Below, in pieces: positions 1 to 14,311 of a DNA stretch of 64,000 nt. Location of the stretch: NCBI GenBank assembly GCA_951406725.2, contig OX597814.1:50964001-51028000 (forward strand), read 5' to 3'. Below the pieces are notes generated by a model, which saw only the letters and a list, made by a program, of their open reading frames with translations, did not search any database and was not told the DNA's origin. The position numbers and the translations under genes are program-made. Each line of letters opens with the position of its first letter. Position 1 is the first letter of the stretch. Source of the DNA: Octopus vulgaris. Lineage: Eukaryota.

Positions 1-100
1 GTTTGCTGCTGCTCCCTTCAGTGATGTCCAGAGGCCCTCTGGTTATATTTATCTTCGTTAATGTCTGTATAGCATGTGTCACAGCAGGATTCTTATCCAT
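1..100 (-). CDS. Candidate coding exon of an unknown gene, running off the window edge
   Basis: Minus strand has a pyrimidine-rich acceptor (cttctcctagctttattcttgcaacctatgtctgcag) followed by an open frame MDKNPAVTHAIQTLTKINITRGPLDITEGSSSK up to base 1; the other two frames stop within a few codons. No homology recognised. Confidence 0.25.
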   Translation of the reverse strand, partial: MDKNPAVTHAIQTLTKINITRGPLDITEGSSSK

Positions 101-582
101 CTGCAGACATAGGTTGCAAGAATAAAGCTAGGAGAAGATTTTACCATTAATTACCACCCACTGAGGGTCAGTGTGACCAGAATAGCAATAGTATTTGAGT
201 TATCATAATTATCTTCACTATCAGCTTTCTTTTTTTTTCTTTTCTTTTTCTCTTTCTTTTTAAGCTAGTATGACTAGAATAATTCCCAAATATAAGAGTT
301 TTACTAATAAAGGTCATGATGCAATTTCGTATTTTCTACCAAGCTATGTATAAAATCTATGTTAACTACTTTTTGAAATTAAATGAAAGCATATTATTAA
401 ATAATATTTAATCATAATTATTAATCCAACAAAATGTATATTCTCTTTTGCCTGTGGCTCATAAAATATTAACTAACTCGTAAAACTTGATAAAATTGTA
501 TCTGCCCTTTTTTAAATTCACAACTACCAATATGGGTCACTTTTGGGCCAATTTTTCACCCTTTTATTTACTTATTCACTTG

Positions 583-621
<39 letters not shown>

Positions 622-2557
622 CTGTGTGTGGTTTGCTTAACTTCACTATCTTGAACATCTTTTTCACATCATTCACCATAAGTTACATTTTTAGTTTCCT
701 TCCAACATTGCGCTGTATTTCTCTGAGATGATGTTTCATCAACTTTATCAATAATAGATAGCCTCATATAGCAATATTTAAATTTTTTTCTCATAAAATT
801 CAATCAACATTTTTACACTTTATTAACTTTACAATCTATATTGCAAAGAATATTAAAGTGATATAATATTATGATATAAAAATATTATGATATAGAAAGG
901 TAGTGGGGAATTTGTGGAGAAAAAATATATTTTAAGCCTCCCAAACTATGTTATTTAATGAATATGAAATAAGAGAATTTTATTTCCTCTCAAAACCTAA
1001 ATAAAAACAATTCAAAATAGAACATGAAACAAACTTTAATAGATTTCATTTCTGATAGTCATTTAAATTTAGGTGCAACAGCTCTAAAAAGAAATTACAC
1101 TTACTTCTTCAAGAATAACATAAATTTATACTAATACTCCCATTGTGTGGGTGTGTGTGTGCATGTGCGATTTCTTCTTTTACTTTTAAATTTTGGCTTT
1201 TTTTTTGTTTTTTTTTTGCTTTTATTGCTTGATTAAGTTGAAATCTCAAATACCTAATAGCAATCACTTAACATTAACTCATTTATATACGTGTGTGTGC
1301 ATGCTTTACTTAAGATACCAGATGTGTTTATTAAGTAGATAGATATACTGGAATGAAATGCAAAGTAGATTTTTGTTCAAATCTTGTATTAGTGTTTAGG
1401 AGCCATATTAAATATTTCATTGATTTTTCATAATTTATAGTTTAGAGATATCAGGGGAAAAGCCCTCCAGTAGCGACATATGAATGCATTCCGAATTTTC
1501 TTCTATTCTCCATCCTATAATTGTTTGTGTTCACTCCATCTATCTCTCTCTCTATCTATTTATCTATCTATCTATCTATCTATTTATCTGTCTGTTTGTC
1601 TATCTATCTGCTTATCTGTCTATCTTCCTCTCTCATCTAAATATTATGTGAATTGACATTTTCTGCTCATCATCATTTGGTTTTCACTTTCTTCTCAACT
1701 TCCTTTCTGTCTTCAACAAAAAGAATGTTTCCCTACAGAGATTTAGTCTTGCTATACAACAAATACATTTGATTTTCAGGCAGCATGCAGCCTACCCCTT
1801 TTTTTTTCTTTGCTTCATTTTCTTTTTCATTTTCTTCATCATCGTTGTCATCATCATCTTTTTCTTCTCCTTCTTCTATGACTCAAGCTCCATTGCTACC
1901 AAGTTGTCTGGCCTTCAGATGAGCTTTATAAGAAAGAAATAGATTGACAATTTCTTGTGAAAATCTTCAAATCCCTCCCTTGTATTGTCACTGCAGGAGC
2001 TTCTATGCATGCAAATGTGCTGAATCCCTGGGGAATGTAAATTCTCTGGGAGGAAAGCCATCAGCTTGGCACAAGTTCACATCTCCTGGGGGCAGATTGT
2101 CTGTTGTCTAACATAGGATGCTGAGAGGTGGAGTGGTAGTCTTTGGTCATTTGGGCACTGGCTATTTGATATGACAGACAGGAATGATAATTAGATACAT
2201 GCGAATGTAAGTAGAAAGACAGTAAGAAAGAGGTTAGAGAGAGAGAGAGAGGAAAGGAGAGCTGTAACAAACTTCAGCTATGGAACTCTATGAAGAGCAG
2301 CAGTTATGAAGCTTGTAAGAAATCTACAAAAATAAAAAAAAAAACAATACCACCATCAACCGTTTGATAAAATATGTTTACAATATGTCCATCTTGAAAT
2401 TTTAGTATTTTCCCATTTTTGATTTCTCCATCAACATTACATTTCTCACTTCTAATTTCTGTTTTCCATATCCCATTTCTCACCTGCTTTTTGACCTTTT
2501 CATACATTCCACTCTTATTTTCACACCTTACCTGCCTTTTTCTTTATACTTTGCTTA

Positions 2558-2652
<95 letters not shown>
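2558..2652. repeat. (TC)n-(TATC)n compound microsatellite
   Basis: Direct reading of the repeat units. Confidence 0.95.
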
Positions 2653-2654
<2 letters not shown>

Positions 2655-3245
2655 ACACGCACATACACACAACTAGATATTCTATTATTTCACCCTACTA
2701 TTATTATCTCCCTCTGAGTTTCTCTTACAACTCTTCACCTCTCTCTCACTCTCCCTCATATCTCACATAGCCTTTCTTTACTCTTTACACTCAGAAAGCA
2801 AGAAACCCTTTTTACTTCTTTTACTTTAACCTGTCTCAATGGTATTAATTATCAGTTTGCAGCCTTGCACCGATTGGTGCTGTGTTGAAAATCAGCATCT
2901 GGACATGGTTTAAATTGGAAGCTTTATAATGGTTCCCTGGACAGTGCTACTGGCTGAGCTACAGAAATTGATTATGGTTAGTCAGAAGTCAGATGATACT
3001 CCCAGAGGAAAGCTGAGAGAAGAGGAGGGGAGGGAATTACAAAGTAACAACAAAACTTGCAATCCAATCAAAATATGTTTGATGGATGAAGTACCTGATG
3101 GTGGTCCTGATGAGAAAGCTGCTAGCTTGATTATTCTTTTCACACTCATTGCTTTCAAAGCTCTTTCTCTCCCTCCCTCCCTCTCTCTCTCTCTCTCTCT
3201 CTTTCCCTTCTCTCCCTCTCTTTTCCCCTCTCTTAATCTATCACC

Positions 3246-3278
<33 letters not shown>

Positions 3279-4045
3279 CCATCCATACTACTCTGTCTCT
3301 TTCTCTCTACTTGTCTACCATCCCCTTTTACTGCCTTGTCCTCTATTTCTGCTCCTCCTCTCTCTCTCTCTTCCTCTCTCTCTCTCTCTCTTCCTCTCTC
3401 TCTCTCTCTCTTTCTCTCTGTTCATCTCTCTAGGGATAAAAGAGAGAAGAAGAGGGAGCTTTGTCCCAAGAGGGAAAACTCAACCTAATTAAACAACAAG
3501 GAGCCTAGAACTGAAAAAAGATTTAATATATCTTATTCCAAAATGGCTGACCAATTAATTTTTTTGATTCACTTGCAACTATTGCTTTGCAAAGTCTCCC
3601 TCCCCCTCCTCTCTCTCTCTCTCTCTCTCTCTGTTCTTCTCTTGCTCTTCTTCTTTTACTCTTCCTCTTTCTCTCTCTCTCCTATATATATATATGTACA
3701 CACACACAGATAGATGATAGATAGACAGACAGATAGAAAATAGTACAAATATCCAAATATATGTAAGTGTGTGTATACAGAAACCCACATAAATATATGG
3801 AGATTTCTATACATGTAAATATATGCACGTGTATGCATATTTTTGTATATGTATGTGTATATGCATATATACATGGCATTCTGGCAAAAATGCACTATTT
3901 AACATTCACTATTTAACATTCATTTATTTATCATTCCATATATATATATATCTATATTGGAAGGTTTGGAGATGATGTACAGGTATTTTATATTAGAAGA
4001 AATGAGGTACTCAGAAATTCGGATGGTTTTATATTTACAGATATT

Positions 4046-4218
4046 TATTTGTATATTACATGTTTTTATACATCATATAACTTATATCATATATCATATA
4101 TTAGCGCTAATATATGATATATATAATATATAAGCGCTAATATATGATATATATAATATATAAGCGCTAATATATGATATAAGTTATATGATGTATAAAA
4201 ACATGTAATATACAAATA
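4046..4218. repeat. AT-rich foldback palindrome with an internal 30-bp tandem triplication
   Basis: Left arm tatttgtatattacatgtttttatacatcatataacttatatcatat is the reverse complement of the right arm ending ...catgtaatatacaaata; the centre repeats agcgctaatatatgatat three times. Confidence 0.9.
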
Positions 4219-4228
4219 TATATATATA

Positions 4229-4375
4229 TAGGCACAAATTTGACTATAGATAAGAAGCTTGTTTCCCAATCATGTGGTCTTGGGTTCAGTCCCACTGCAC
4301 GGCACCTTGAGTGAGTGTCTTCTACTATAACCTTGGGCTAACCAAAACCTTGTGAGTGTGTGAGAGAAGCCCAAT

Positions 4376-4429
<54 letters not shown>

Positions 4430-4640
4430 GTGTGTGTTTTGTGTATATACCCCACCTCTGCTTCACAATTACTGTTGGTTTCTTTCCATCCTGATGATCT
4501 AGCAATTCAGCAAAAGAGACCAATAGAATAAGTACTAAGCTTTAAAAAATTATAACAACTGGGGTCAATTTATTCAGCTTGAACCCTTCAAGGCAGTGCT
4601 CCAGCAAGGCCATAGTCCAATGGCTGAAACAAATAAAATA
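4229..4640 (+). mobile_element. tRNA-derived SINE family A, diverged copy
   Basis: B-box-like ggttcagtcc, body caccttgagtgagtgtcttctactata, internal (CA)n/(TA)n and tail tggctgaaacaaataaaa; matches the copies at 26081, 28892 and 34077. Confidence 0.85.
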
Positions 4641-4757
4641 TTAAATATAGAAGATTCTTACTTTCATCTCTTCTACCAGATGGTTTTACAAATTCTGGGA
4701 TTTTTAAGAAACTTTCACCTGCAATATTACTTTTATAAATTTAAACATTCAACTTAA

Positions 4758-5308
4758 CCCTTCAGCAGTTGAACTGACCATACCCAGCACAAAAAGTCTA
4801 TTTGTTTTATGTTCAAAGCAGCCAGATCTGGCCACTTACACCTACCCTCGATATCATCATCATCATTGTCGTTTAACGTCCGCTTTCCATGCTAGCATGG
4901 GTTGGACAGTTTAACTGGAGTCTGGGAAGCCAGAAGGCTGCACCAGGCCCAGTCTGATGTGGCAGTGTTTCTACAGCTGGATGCCCTTCCTAACGTCAAC
5001 CACTCCGAGAGTGTAGTGGGTGCTTTTTACGTGCCACCAGCACAGGTGCCAGATGAGGCTGGCAAATGGCCACGATCGGATGGTTATTTTTACGTGCCAC
5101 CAGCACGGAGACCAGATGAAGCTGGCAACGGCCACGATCGGATGGTGCTTTTTACGTGCCACCGGCATGGAGGCCAGTGCCAGTATATATTTCTTAAAAT
5201 AAACAATTAGCTCATCAAAATCTCAAAGCTATGAGTGTGCTTGATTAATTAAAACCAATGTGAATAAGTAAGTATTACATTTGGGAGAGTAATCTGAATG
5301 CTTAATGG
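4758..5308. mobile_element. piggyBac-like MITE (TTAA-flanked) interrupted by a family C insertion
   Basis: Ends read ttaa|cccttcagca ... tgcttaatgg|ttaa; body similar to the reverse-oriented copy at 59568-59746. Confidence 0.55.
4851..5183 (-). mobile_element. RTE-LINE 3' end / RTE-tailed element (family C)
   Basis: (CAT)n tail, gtttaacgtccgctttccatgctagcatgggttggac and ggatgcccttcctaacg, plus 3 internal ~60-bp repeats containing ttttacgtgccacc(a/g)gca; at least six similar copies in the window. Confidence 0.85.
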
Positions 5309-8300
5309 TTAAATAAAAGTGGTGCCTATTTTCACATAAGTAGACTGCATCTGGAAGAATGATTGTCTTCTGTTTTTTTTTTACTAAACTTAACAAAGAT
5401 TAGTTCAGCATTTTAACCCACTTGAGACTACTCCTGGTTCTATGATACAAACTTCCACCAAAATTTCACAGTAATTTATGATCCACACACAAGATTCATA
5501 AAGAAAAAACTATTTTACTAAATTAATTAAATTTTCTAAATTAATTAAATTATAATTTAAGAATAGTAAACTTTGATTTAGAATAGTTCTTGTTGTTAGA
5601 TTCAATATAAACCCTATTTTTTAACCTGTAAAATTACTCTTTACTAATTATTTGATTATTCCATATTAATTAGATGTCCGTCCACAGAGCCTGTTCATAT
5701 TCACATTTATTTCTTGGCACTACCCATCCTTCACTCTATTTATACTGCCCCTCTTTCTTTCTCTCTAACTCCTGGCACTACTCTTTCCTTTCCCCTGTCC
5801 ATTTCCTTACTCTTCTCCAACAAAATCTTCCCTGTTACTCTCTCCACTACCACTATTTCACAATAACAATCTGTTCTGCCCATCAGTCTTTCCCTCTTTC
5901 TCTCAACACCCTGTCTCTTATATTCTACTTTCAGTAGTGAGAGCTCTTTAGTCTTGCAAGTTACAAAGTGGCCTCACAAATGCTTCGACAAAAAGGTCAT
6001 CAGTATTCTCTGTAAAGTGATTGATAAATCAAAAGGAGACAATAGGAGCAAGAATATCTTTGTAGTTCTGATGCACATGGTAACCTCCATAAAATGGTTG
6101 GTATTAGGAAAGGCATTCTACTGTAGAAATCATGCTAAAACTGAAACATTGTAGCATGACATGGTCCTCCAACTTTTCAGATCTTATTGACCCATCCAAC
6201 CCATTCCCAAGCATGGAAAAAACTGATAATAATTATGATGATGATAATGACACCAGCAGTAGTTTTCTTCTTATATATGTATTTATGTATGTTCTCTGGT
6301 CGTCCACGCAAGCAAGTCTTCTGTTGCTTCCACACATTAAGAAATGCACTCTGTATCTAAAATGCATGTAATATAAAGTAATTTACTTAACTATTGAATG
6401 TGTTTTGGGAGATCAGTAGGTGGCTAGTAGCCACGAGATACAAAGTGATACAAGAGACCAAATATAGAAAAGTTTTAGCAGGAAGAAAACTAATTCATTG
6501 GGTTAAGTAAATACCTGTTTCCTAAATGTGATGTTTTTTTATGAGTGAGGGGACTATAAGGATGGAGTAAGGGGCAGGCAAATTTGCCATGTTTAATAAA
6601 ATTAAGGTAGTTTCTTTGAACTTGATCACCCTAATGAATTAAGACCTATATGGATGCTAACTCTATTTGGCTTACTCCTTATTGAAGAGGAGTGGAAGAC
6701 AAAAACTTCACACTAAGTGACTCTTCTGGGGATGGGGTGAGTGTATAAGTTGGTCTTTGTTAGTTTGAGAACCACTTGTCTTTTTTTTTCCATTTAATGT
6801 GCAGTAACTCATTGTGTGATATATTTGAGCTTTGTAGGGGAATCAGAGAAAACCTGAATCTCCTTGAAGCAGGTTTATCTGTGTGTATGATGCCTCAAAG
6901 AAAGGCCTTGTTTGATATAAGCCATCATCCTTGAAGCTAAACATTTGACATTGTCAAATTTGCTATTTGTTCTAGCAATGTCACACACCTCAACTGAATC
7001 ATTTATTAAAGGTCTATATTGATGTAAGTTGATCTAAAAATTATGAGAGAATGAAGGGTTACACCACCTGTGTGACACACTATGAAGTTAATAGTGAATA
7101 ATAAAATAATGCTATTAAATTTTTACTGGAAGCATTATGATTTCAGCTGCTACAAGAAGTATACTGATTAGCCTATCTGCTAATCAATAACCGTATGGAC
7201 ACTATTCAAATATTTACTTATAAACTGAATGCCCAATGTTCATTAGAAACTTAAATTCATACCTTTATTTTACTTTGAAGTAGTATCACTAAAAATATTA
7301 TTCATTTTCAGCACATTTTTCTGTATATGCCATCTGATATGTTATATATTGTTAATTTGCCTTCTTTTTAGGAGTAACACCTTTGGAGAAATCCAAGACT
7401 TTTTCCTTAACTTTTGTTCCCCCTCAAGATCTGAATGCAAGTTTTGTTATAATATGAAACACAAGCAAATTACTTGTAGCAAGAAGATGGGATTTTTCTT
7501 TTGTTTGTTTCAAAACAAATGCACAAGTTCCATAATGTGCATTGTATTAAAAAGTAATGATGGTTGTGAATGTCAACCCTTGGGAAGTGACTGAACACAT
7601 TCTGTTTCAACTTTTATGCAACTGGCACCAGCAAAGTTGTCTAAAAACGAGTCATCTTATTCAAAAGTTGATGGCTATCCAAGCCAAGGTGCTGAAACAG
7701 CATGAATAAATATCATCTGGGAACTGAGTTCATTGCACCTTACGCGATATAATGTTTCAAAAATTTCTTTTGAGACTGTCTGTTTTCCCATATAATTTCA
7801 TAGGTGCCACTGTAGCTGTGATCACAATCATTGTATTTCAGTTTCTGCAAATAGAAATAGACTTTTTATTTCCCATAAACTCATTCGCCCCTCTTATTTT
7901 CTTTTCCTCTATTTTCAGAAATACATATTCGTCTAACTTTAATTTATGCATATTTTCAGAGCTGTTTCTCTTAATATCCACTGTCTATATATCTATCTTT
8001 TATCTCACTTTTTTTTTCTCTCAATTCCTTTTTCATTATTATCATGTCATGTCTATATAAAACAAAATATGACAGTATATATACAATTAAAACAATATTG
8101 ACAACTTACATGTAGAATATATTAAGCATAGGAAACTTATATTAAAGAAGTCATACAAATATAGTTTAAAAAGATTAATTCATTTTTCAGATTTATATTA
8201 ATTAAGTCTGGTACAGATAATATGAACATAAGTACAGGTATAGCCCTATGTAATTAAGAAAGTTTTATTTACAGCTACATCATTTCAGGTTCAATTCTAG

Positions 8301-8472
8301 TGTGTGAAATGATGGACATGTCTTCTACTTCAGCCTCAGTAACAAATGTTTTCTGAGTAGAATATGACAGACTGTAACTGCATAACTCAATATGTGTATT
8401 ATGTATCCTTTTATGCATTTTATGTTTACACCATTTAAAACAAGTTTTTATGTTGTGTCCCTTCATATCACT

Positions 8473-8812
8473 TGATGAGACACCCTTCGGTCATGACTGA
8501 CCATGGGATTGCACCTAGGAAGTTACCCTCCCAGGCACAAGTCCGAGCAAGGTTGTTTATGGAAGACCAGCAGTTGCCCATGCATATCGGCCTCCCCTCT
8601 TCACACCACCAGTGTTATCCAAGGGAAAGGCAAAGGCCGATACAGCTTCGCGCCTGTGATGTCGCAACTCATTTCTACAGCTGAGTGAACTGGAGCAATG
8701 TGAAATAAAGTGTCTTGCTCAAGAACACAACATGCAGCCTGGTCTGGGATTCAAACTCACAACCTCGCAATCATAAGCTTGACGCTCTAACCACTGAGCC
8801 ATGCGCCTTCAC
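8473..8812 (-). mobile_element. tRNA-derived SINE family E with a CORE-like body and TSD
   Basis: Minus head gtgaaggcgcatggctcagtggttagagcg...gagtttgaatcc (A and B boxes), then gttgtgttcttgagcaagacacttt; TSD catatcact at 8464-8472 and 8813-8821. Confidence 0.9.
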
Positions 8813-9254
8813 CATATCACTGAGTGGTTCAGCATAATCTTTTCTTAAATATGTATGTGAGTCTTTGTTATATATATATATATATATATATATACATACA
8901 TACATACCATAGGTGTGCAGTCCATAGAAGCAAGGAAAGCATTACTTCCTTTAAAAATCACAGAAACAAAACTGATACTATATTACTTATTTTTCATAAG
9001 ATCGTTCTTCTAATGTTCTGTAAAATTAATATAAACTACATGACACCCTAGACTTCAGACGACACAAAAAAATCTGTGCAAGGGAAGCAACACGAGCTGT
9101 TGCATCATTTCCAGTGTAATATTTTAACATTTTTTTCCAATAAAAATGCCACAAAGACATTTTTTTTCTAATAAAATGTGTGTGTATATATGTGTGTGTG
9201 TATATATATATATGTGTGTGTGTATATATATATGTGTGTGTGTGTGTGTATATA

Positions 9255-9489
9255 CAGTAAGCCTTCGACTATCATGAGTGTTATGTTCCAAAACCTCCCA
9301 TAGAAATAATTAAAATCTAAAAAAATATAAATACTTATTAGCCACTGAAACCCAGATGTACTGAGGAGTCTGTGATATAAATTTACATATATTAGCCAGA
9401 AAAATCCACAATGTACTGAGTGCATGATAGGTGAACTGCAATATACTGAATGTGTAATAGGTGAACCAAGGTATGGCAAGGGATTACTG
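9255..9489. mobile_element. pogo/Tigger-like MITE, TA-flanked
   Basis: TA|cagtaagccttcg ... gcaagggattactg|TA terminal inverted repeats; second copy at 25409-25614. Confidence 0.8.
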
Positions 9490-9778
9490 TATAGTATCTA
9501 ACAATACCTTATGAAGGCATTTAAAGGGTTTCTTTTAATTAACAATGAAATGTTTCTTTAAAAATAACAATGTAAAAGAAGTTAAGATGTGAACCTTCTA
9601 TAGAACCATTATGTGAGTGTTTTATCTATAGTTGTGCGTGTGCATGTGTATCATCGATATATATGTGTGTGTATACATGCAAACACATTACTTATTTCAA
9701 GGCATCTTTTTTACCTTGCTGTCCCTATCAGAGTTCTTAGGACATGTTTCATTTATTCATGATTTTCCCTTGCTTCAG

Positions 9779-9910
9779 ATAGTGCTCTCTAAACTTTATC
9801 ACTTCTGCTTCCCCACACATGCTGCATTAAGGTTTTGGGCTAGTCCTAGTCTCTTGGGGTACATTGTGAAGCCAAACCAAAATTGGCTACGGAAAGCAAT
9901 AAAGATAAAG
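9779..9910 (+). CDS. Candidate symmetric (phase 0-0) exon, unknown product
   Basis: Acceptor ttttcccttgcttcag, 132-nt open frame IVLSKLYHFCFPTHAALRFWASPSLLGYIVKPNQNWLRKAIKIK, donor AAG|gtaaat. No homology recognised. Confidence 0.2.
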
Positions 9911-10177
9911 GTAAATGATTACAAAGTAAAACAGACCAAGAAAGCGACAAATTCTCTCAGATCACCGGGAAAATTATGTTATGTACAAGTTATGCAAAAC
10001 TGTTTCTCTAACAAAGTAGCCATAGCTAATCTAAAGGAAGAAGATTGTGAAGCTTTTCAAATTGCTTCAATAGAAAGATAGCATATGAAATAAATAATAA
10101 TGGTATTGTGTTTGTATGTGTGTATGTATGTTTATATATATGTGTGTGTGTGTATTGAGTCGTCCCATAAATAATGC

Positions 10178-10470
10178 TACAAAGACTGCCTCAAGAAGTC
10201 TCTAACAGCATGTTGTATTGGCCACCAATGCTGGTCAGACCTGACTGCAGATCGTGATGTCTGGCACCACACGATCTTCAAGTCAGCGAGTTTGAGGAAC
10301 AAAGAAGAGACATGCTTAAAGACAAGAGATGCAGGAGGAAGGCTCGAGCCACCTCTGACACCACACCGGATGTTACCTTCATCTGTGGACACTGCTCACG
10401 AACCTGCCTTTCCCGTTTCGGACTTGTCAGACATGAGCGTACATGCACACGACGTGGACTAGCCATGATG

Positions 10471-10471
<1 letters not shown>
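10178..10471 (+). mobile_element. 5'-truncated RTE-clade LINE 3' end with a C-terminal zinc finger
   Basis: Reads YKDCLKKSLTACCIGHQCWSDLTADRDVWHHTIFKS, then a frameshift, then EFEEQRRDMLKDKRCRRKARATSDTTPDVTFICGHCSRTCLSRFGLVRHERTC; typical RTE ORF terminus with a CxxC...H finger and a short (TGA)n tail. Confidence 0.75.
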
Positions 10472-10515
<44 letters not shown>

Positions 10516-10517
<2 letters not shown>

Positions 10518-11333
10518 GGGTGTGATGGATAAATTGTCACCATTTTATATTTTTAATTTCACGCATCTGCATTGTTTGTTTTCGATTTTGTCGACTACAC
10601 AGTATAGTAGGATCAGTTGGCACTGTCTGTGAGAAAACAGCACCATGATGCAATTCACTTTGCCAGAAATTTGGAAACAACATACTGTTATGCACGGTAT
10701 TTGCACTGGAAGCTCCAATACAAACATTTCAGAGTCTTTGGGTGTCAATCTGGGGACAGTGCAATCTGAGGACATGTACCACTAGTGATGTCAATGTTAT
10801 GCCTTCATTCATCTTCCCACGTGACCTCAGACTCAACACAGAGGCCTTCATCAAGAGCCTGGAGGAGGTAGTGCTGTTCTATGGCTGCTGTCTGTGGCTG
10901 ACAACAGGACTCTACATCATGTCTCACAAGCAGGAGAACCCAATCATGGCTGTCAGATAATTGCTGTGACCACTTCTCCCCTAACATCTGGCCACCTAAC
11001 TCCCCAGACTGCAACCCCCTTGATTATTATGTGTGGGGCGCAGTTGAGCGAGAGACCAACAAAACTCCTTATAACACCAAAGATGAACTCAAGGCAAGGA
11101 TTATGGCAACATTCACCAACTTAAACAAGGAGACCACTGAGAAGAGTTGCAGGAAATTCCAAAATCATCTGAAGGCTGTGGTTGAAGCCAATGGCGATTT
11201 AATTGAATAAATTTACTCTTTAGTATTTCAAGATATTTTTATGTAATTTTGGTAAATATATCTGTTAAAATGAGATGTCAGTGTTATTTTCATTTTTGCA
11301 TAAGTTAGGTGACAGTTTATTCACCACACCCTG
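10516..11333 (+). mobile_element. Internally deleted Tc1/mariner element of the DD37D (maT/mori) group
   Basis: TIRs cagggtgtgatggataaattgtcacc (from 10516) and ggtgacagtttattcaccacaccctg (11308-11333); internal transposase C-terminus has WPPNSPDCNPLDY. Confidence 0.9.
10902..11210 (+). pseudogene. maT (DD37D) transposase C-terminal remnant
   Basis: QQDSTSCLTSRRTQSWLSDNCCDHFSPNIWPPNSPDCNPLDYYVWGAVERETNKTPYNTKDELKARIMATFTNLNKETTEKSCRKFQNHLKAVVEANGDLIE*; 37 residues lie between the QQD Asp and the NPLD Asp. The N-terminal HTH region is absent. Confidence 0.85.
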
Positions 11334-13110
<1,777 letters not shown>

Positions 13111-13732
13111 AAGATACATAGATAGAGATATACATATACAAATACACACACACATGTGCATGTGTGAACACAACCATGTAATTGTTCTTTTGATTTACAT
13201 CTGCATTTCTATACTTGCATAGGTTTGATAGGAAGTGAGTCAGTACTTCATGACCAGACTCTGTTCCTGTTGCCACCAATAACATTTGCAAGCACACAAG
13301 TACAGAACCTAATGTAAACATGACAACACTGCTTTTCTCTTAGATAGTGTGTAGAGTGGGGGCATTCAAAAGTGTTCCAGAATGCCCAAACATGTCAGGC
13401 ATGCTAGATATGTTCTACACTCCACTCCAATGTTCAGTGCAGGATCCAAGCCATCATAAAGAGTAAAAAGGAACACTGAAAATATAACTGGTATTTTATG
13501 CTTTATATAATATACACATTTTCACATTTTCCAGGAAGCTGTGATTTTATTGATGCTTTATTTTTGCTGATAATGCTGAGGGAAGAAGTCAACTGTTATT
13601 ATTGTATAACATCACCAACTGGCTTACATAATAACTGGTTTGCTTACTGAAATACGTGTTATTTACATGAAGTATAAAATAACAATTAGATTTTCTGTGT
13701 TCCGTGTGTGTGTGTGTGTGTGTGTGTGTCTG

Positions 13733-13763
<31 letters not shown>

Positions 13764-13790
13764 GTCTGTCTGTCTGTGTGTGTGTGTGTT

Positions 13791-14003
13791 AGGCAAGCTG
13801 GCAGAAGTATTTGTACATTGGACAAAATGCTTAGTAGCATTTTCCCCAAATCTTTATGGTCAGAATTTAAATTCTGCCAAAGTCACCTTTGCCTTTCTTC
13901 CCTTCAGGGTTGATAAAATATGTACTAGTTGAACATTAGGAGTGGCATATTCAGCTAACCCTCTGTTCCTTTGTTGCTGGCCTCATACCAAGATTTGAAA
14001 CCA
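13791..14003 (+). mobile_element. SINE family B, diverged copy
   Basis: ggcaagctggcagaa...aaattctgccaaagtcacctttgcctttcttcccttcagggttgataaaata resembles the 17344-17572 copy. Confidence 0.7.
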
Positions 14004-14045
14004 TATATGTATGTGTGTGTGTGTCCTTGTTTTCACATCATGGGA

Positions 14046-14311
14046 TCATCGTCATCATCATCATTGTTTAATGTCCGCTTTCCATGCTAGCATGTGTTGG
14101 ACGATTTGACTGAGGTCTGGCGAACCAGACTCCATTCTGATCTGGCAGAGTTTCTACAGCTGGATGCCCTTCCTAACGCCAACCACTCCGAGAGTGTAGT
14201 GGGTGCTTTTACATGCCACCGGCACAAGGGCCAGTTAGGTGGTACTGGCAACGGCCACACTCAAATGGTGCTTTTTATGTGCCACCTGCACAGGAGCCAG
14301 TTCAGAGGCAC
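14046..14311 (-). mobile_element. Family C RTE 3' end
   Basis: (CAT)n tail, ccgctttccatgctagcatg and ggatgcccttcctaacgccaacc, with two internal repeat units. Confidence 0.85.

Noticed and set aside
2929-3492. 187-aa ORF
   Set aside because: The second half is (TC)n/(TA)n-derived, and the first half has no recognisable domain or convincing splice boundaries.
4902-5210. Recurrent ORFs containing LQLDALPNANHSESVVGAF (also at 14094, 60600 and 63465)
   Set aside because: These are antisense translations of family C repeat copies, not a gene family.
8700-8812. tRNA-like sequences (also at about 17344, 26081, 34077, 37230 and 48870)
   Set aside because: The A/B boxes are SINE heads that continue into repeat bodies, several with TSDs; they are not tRNA genes.
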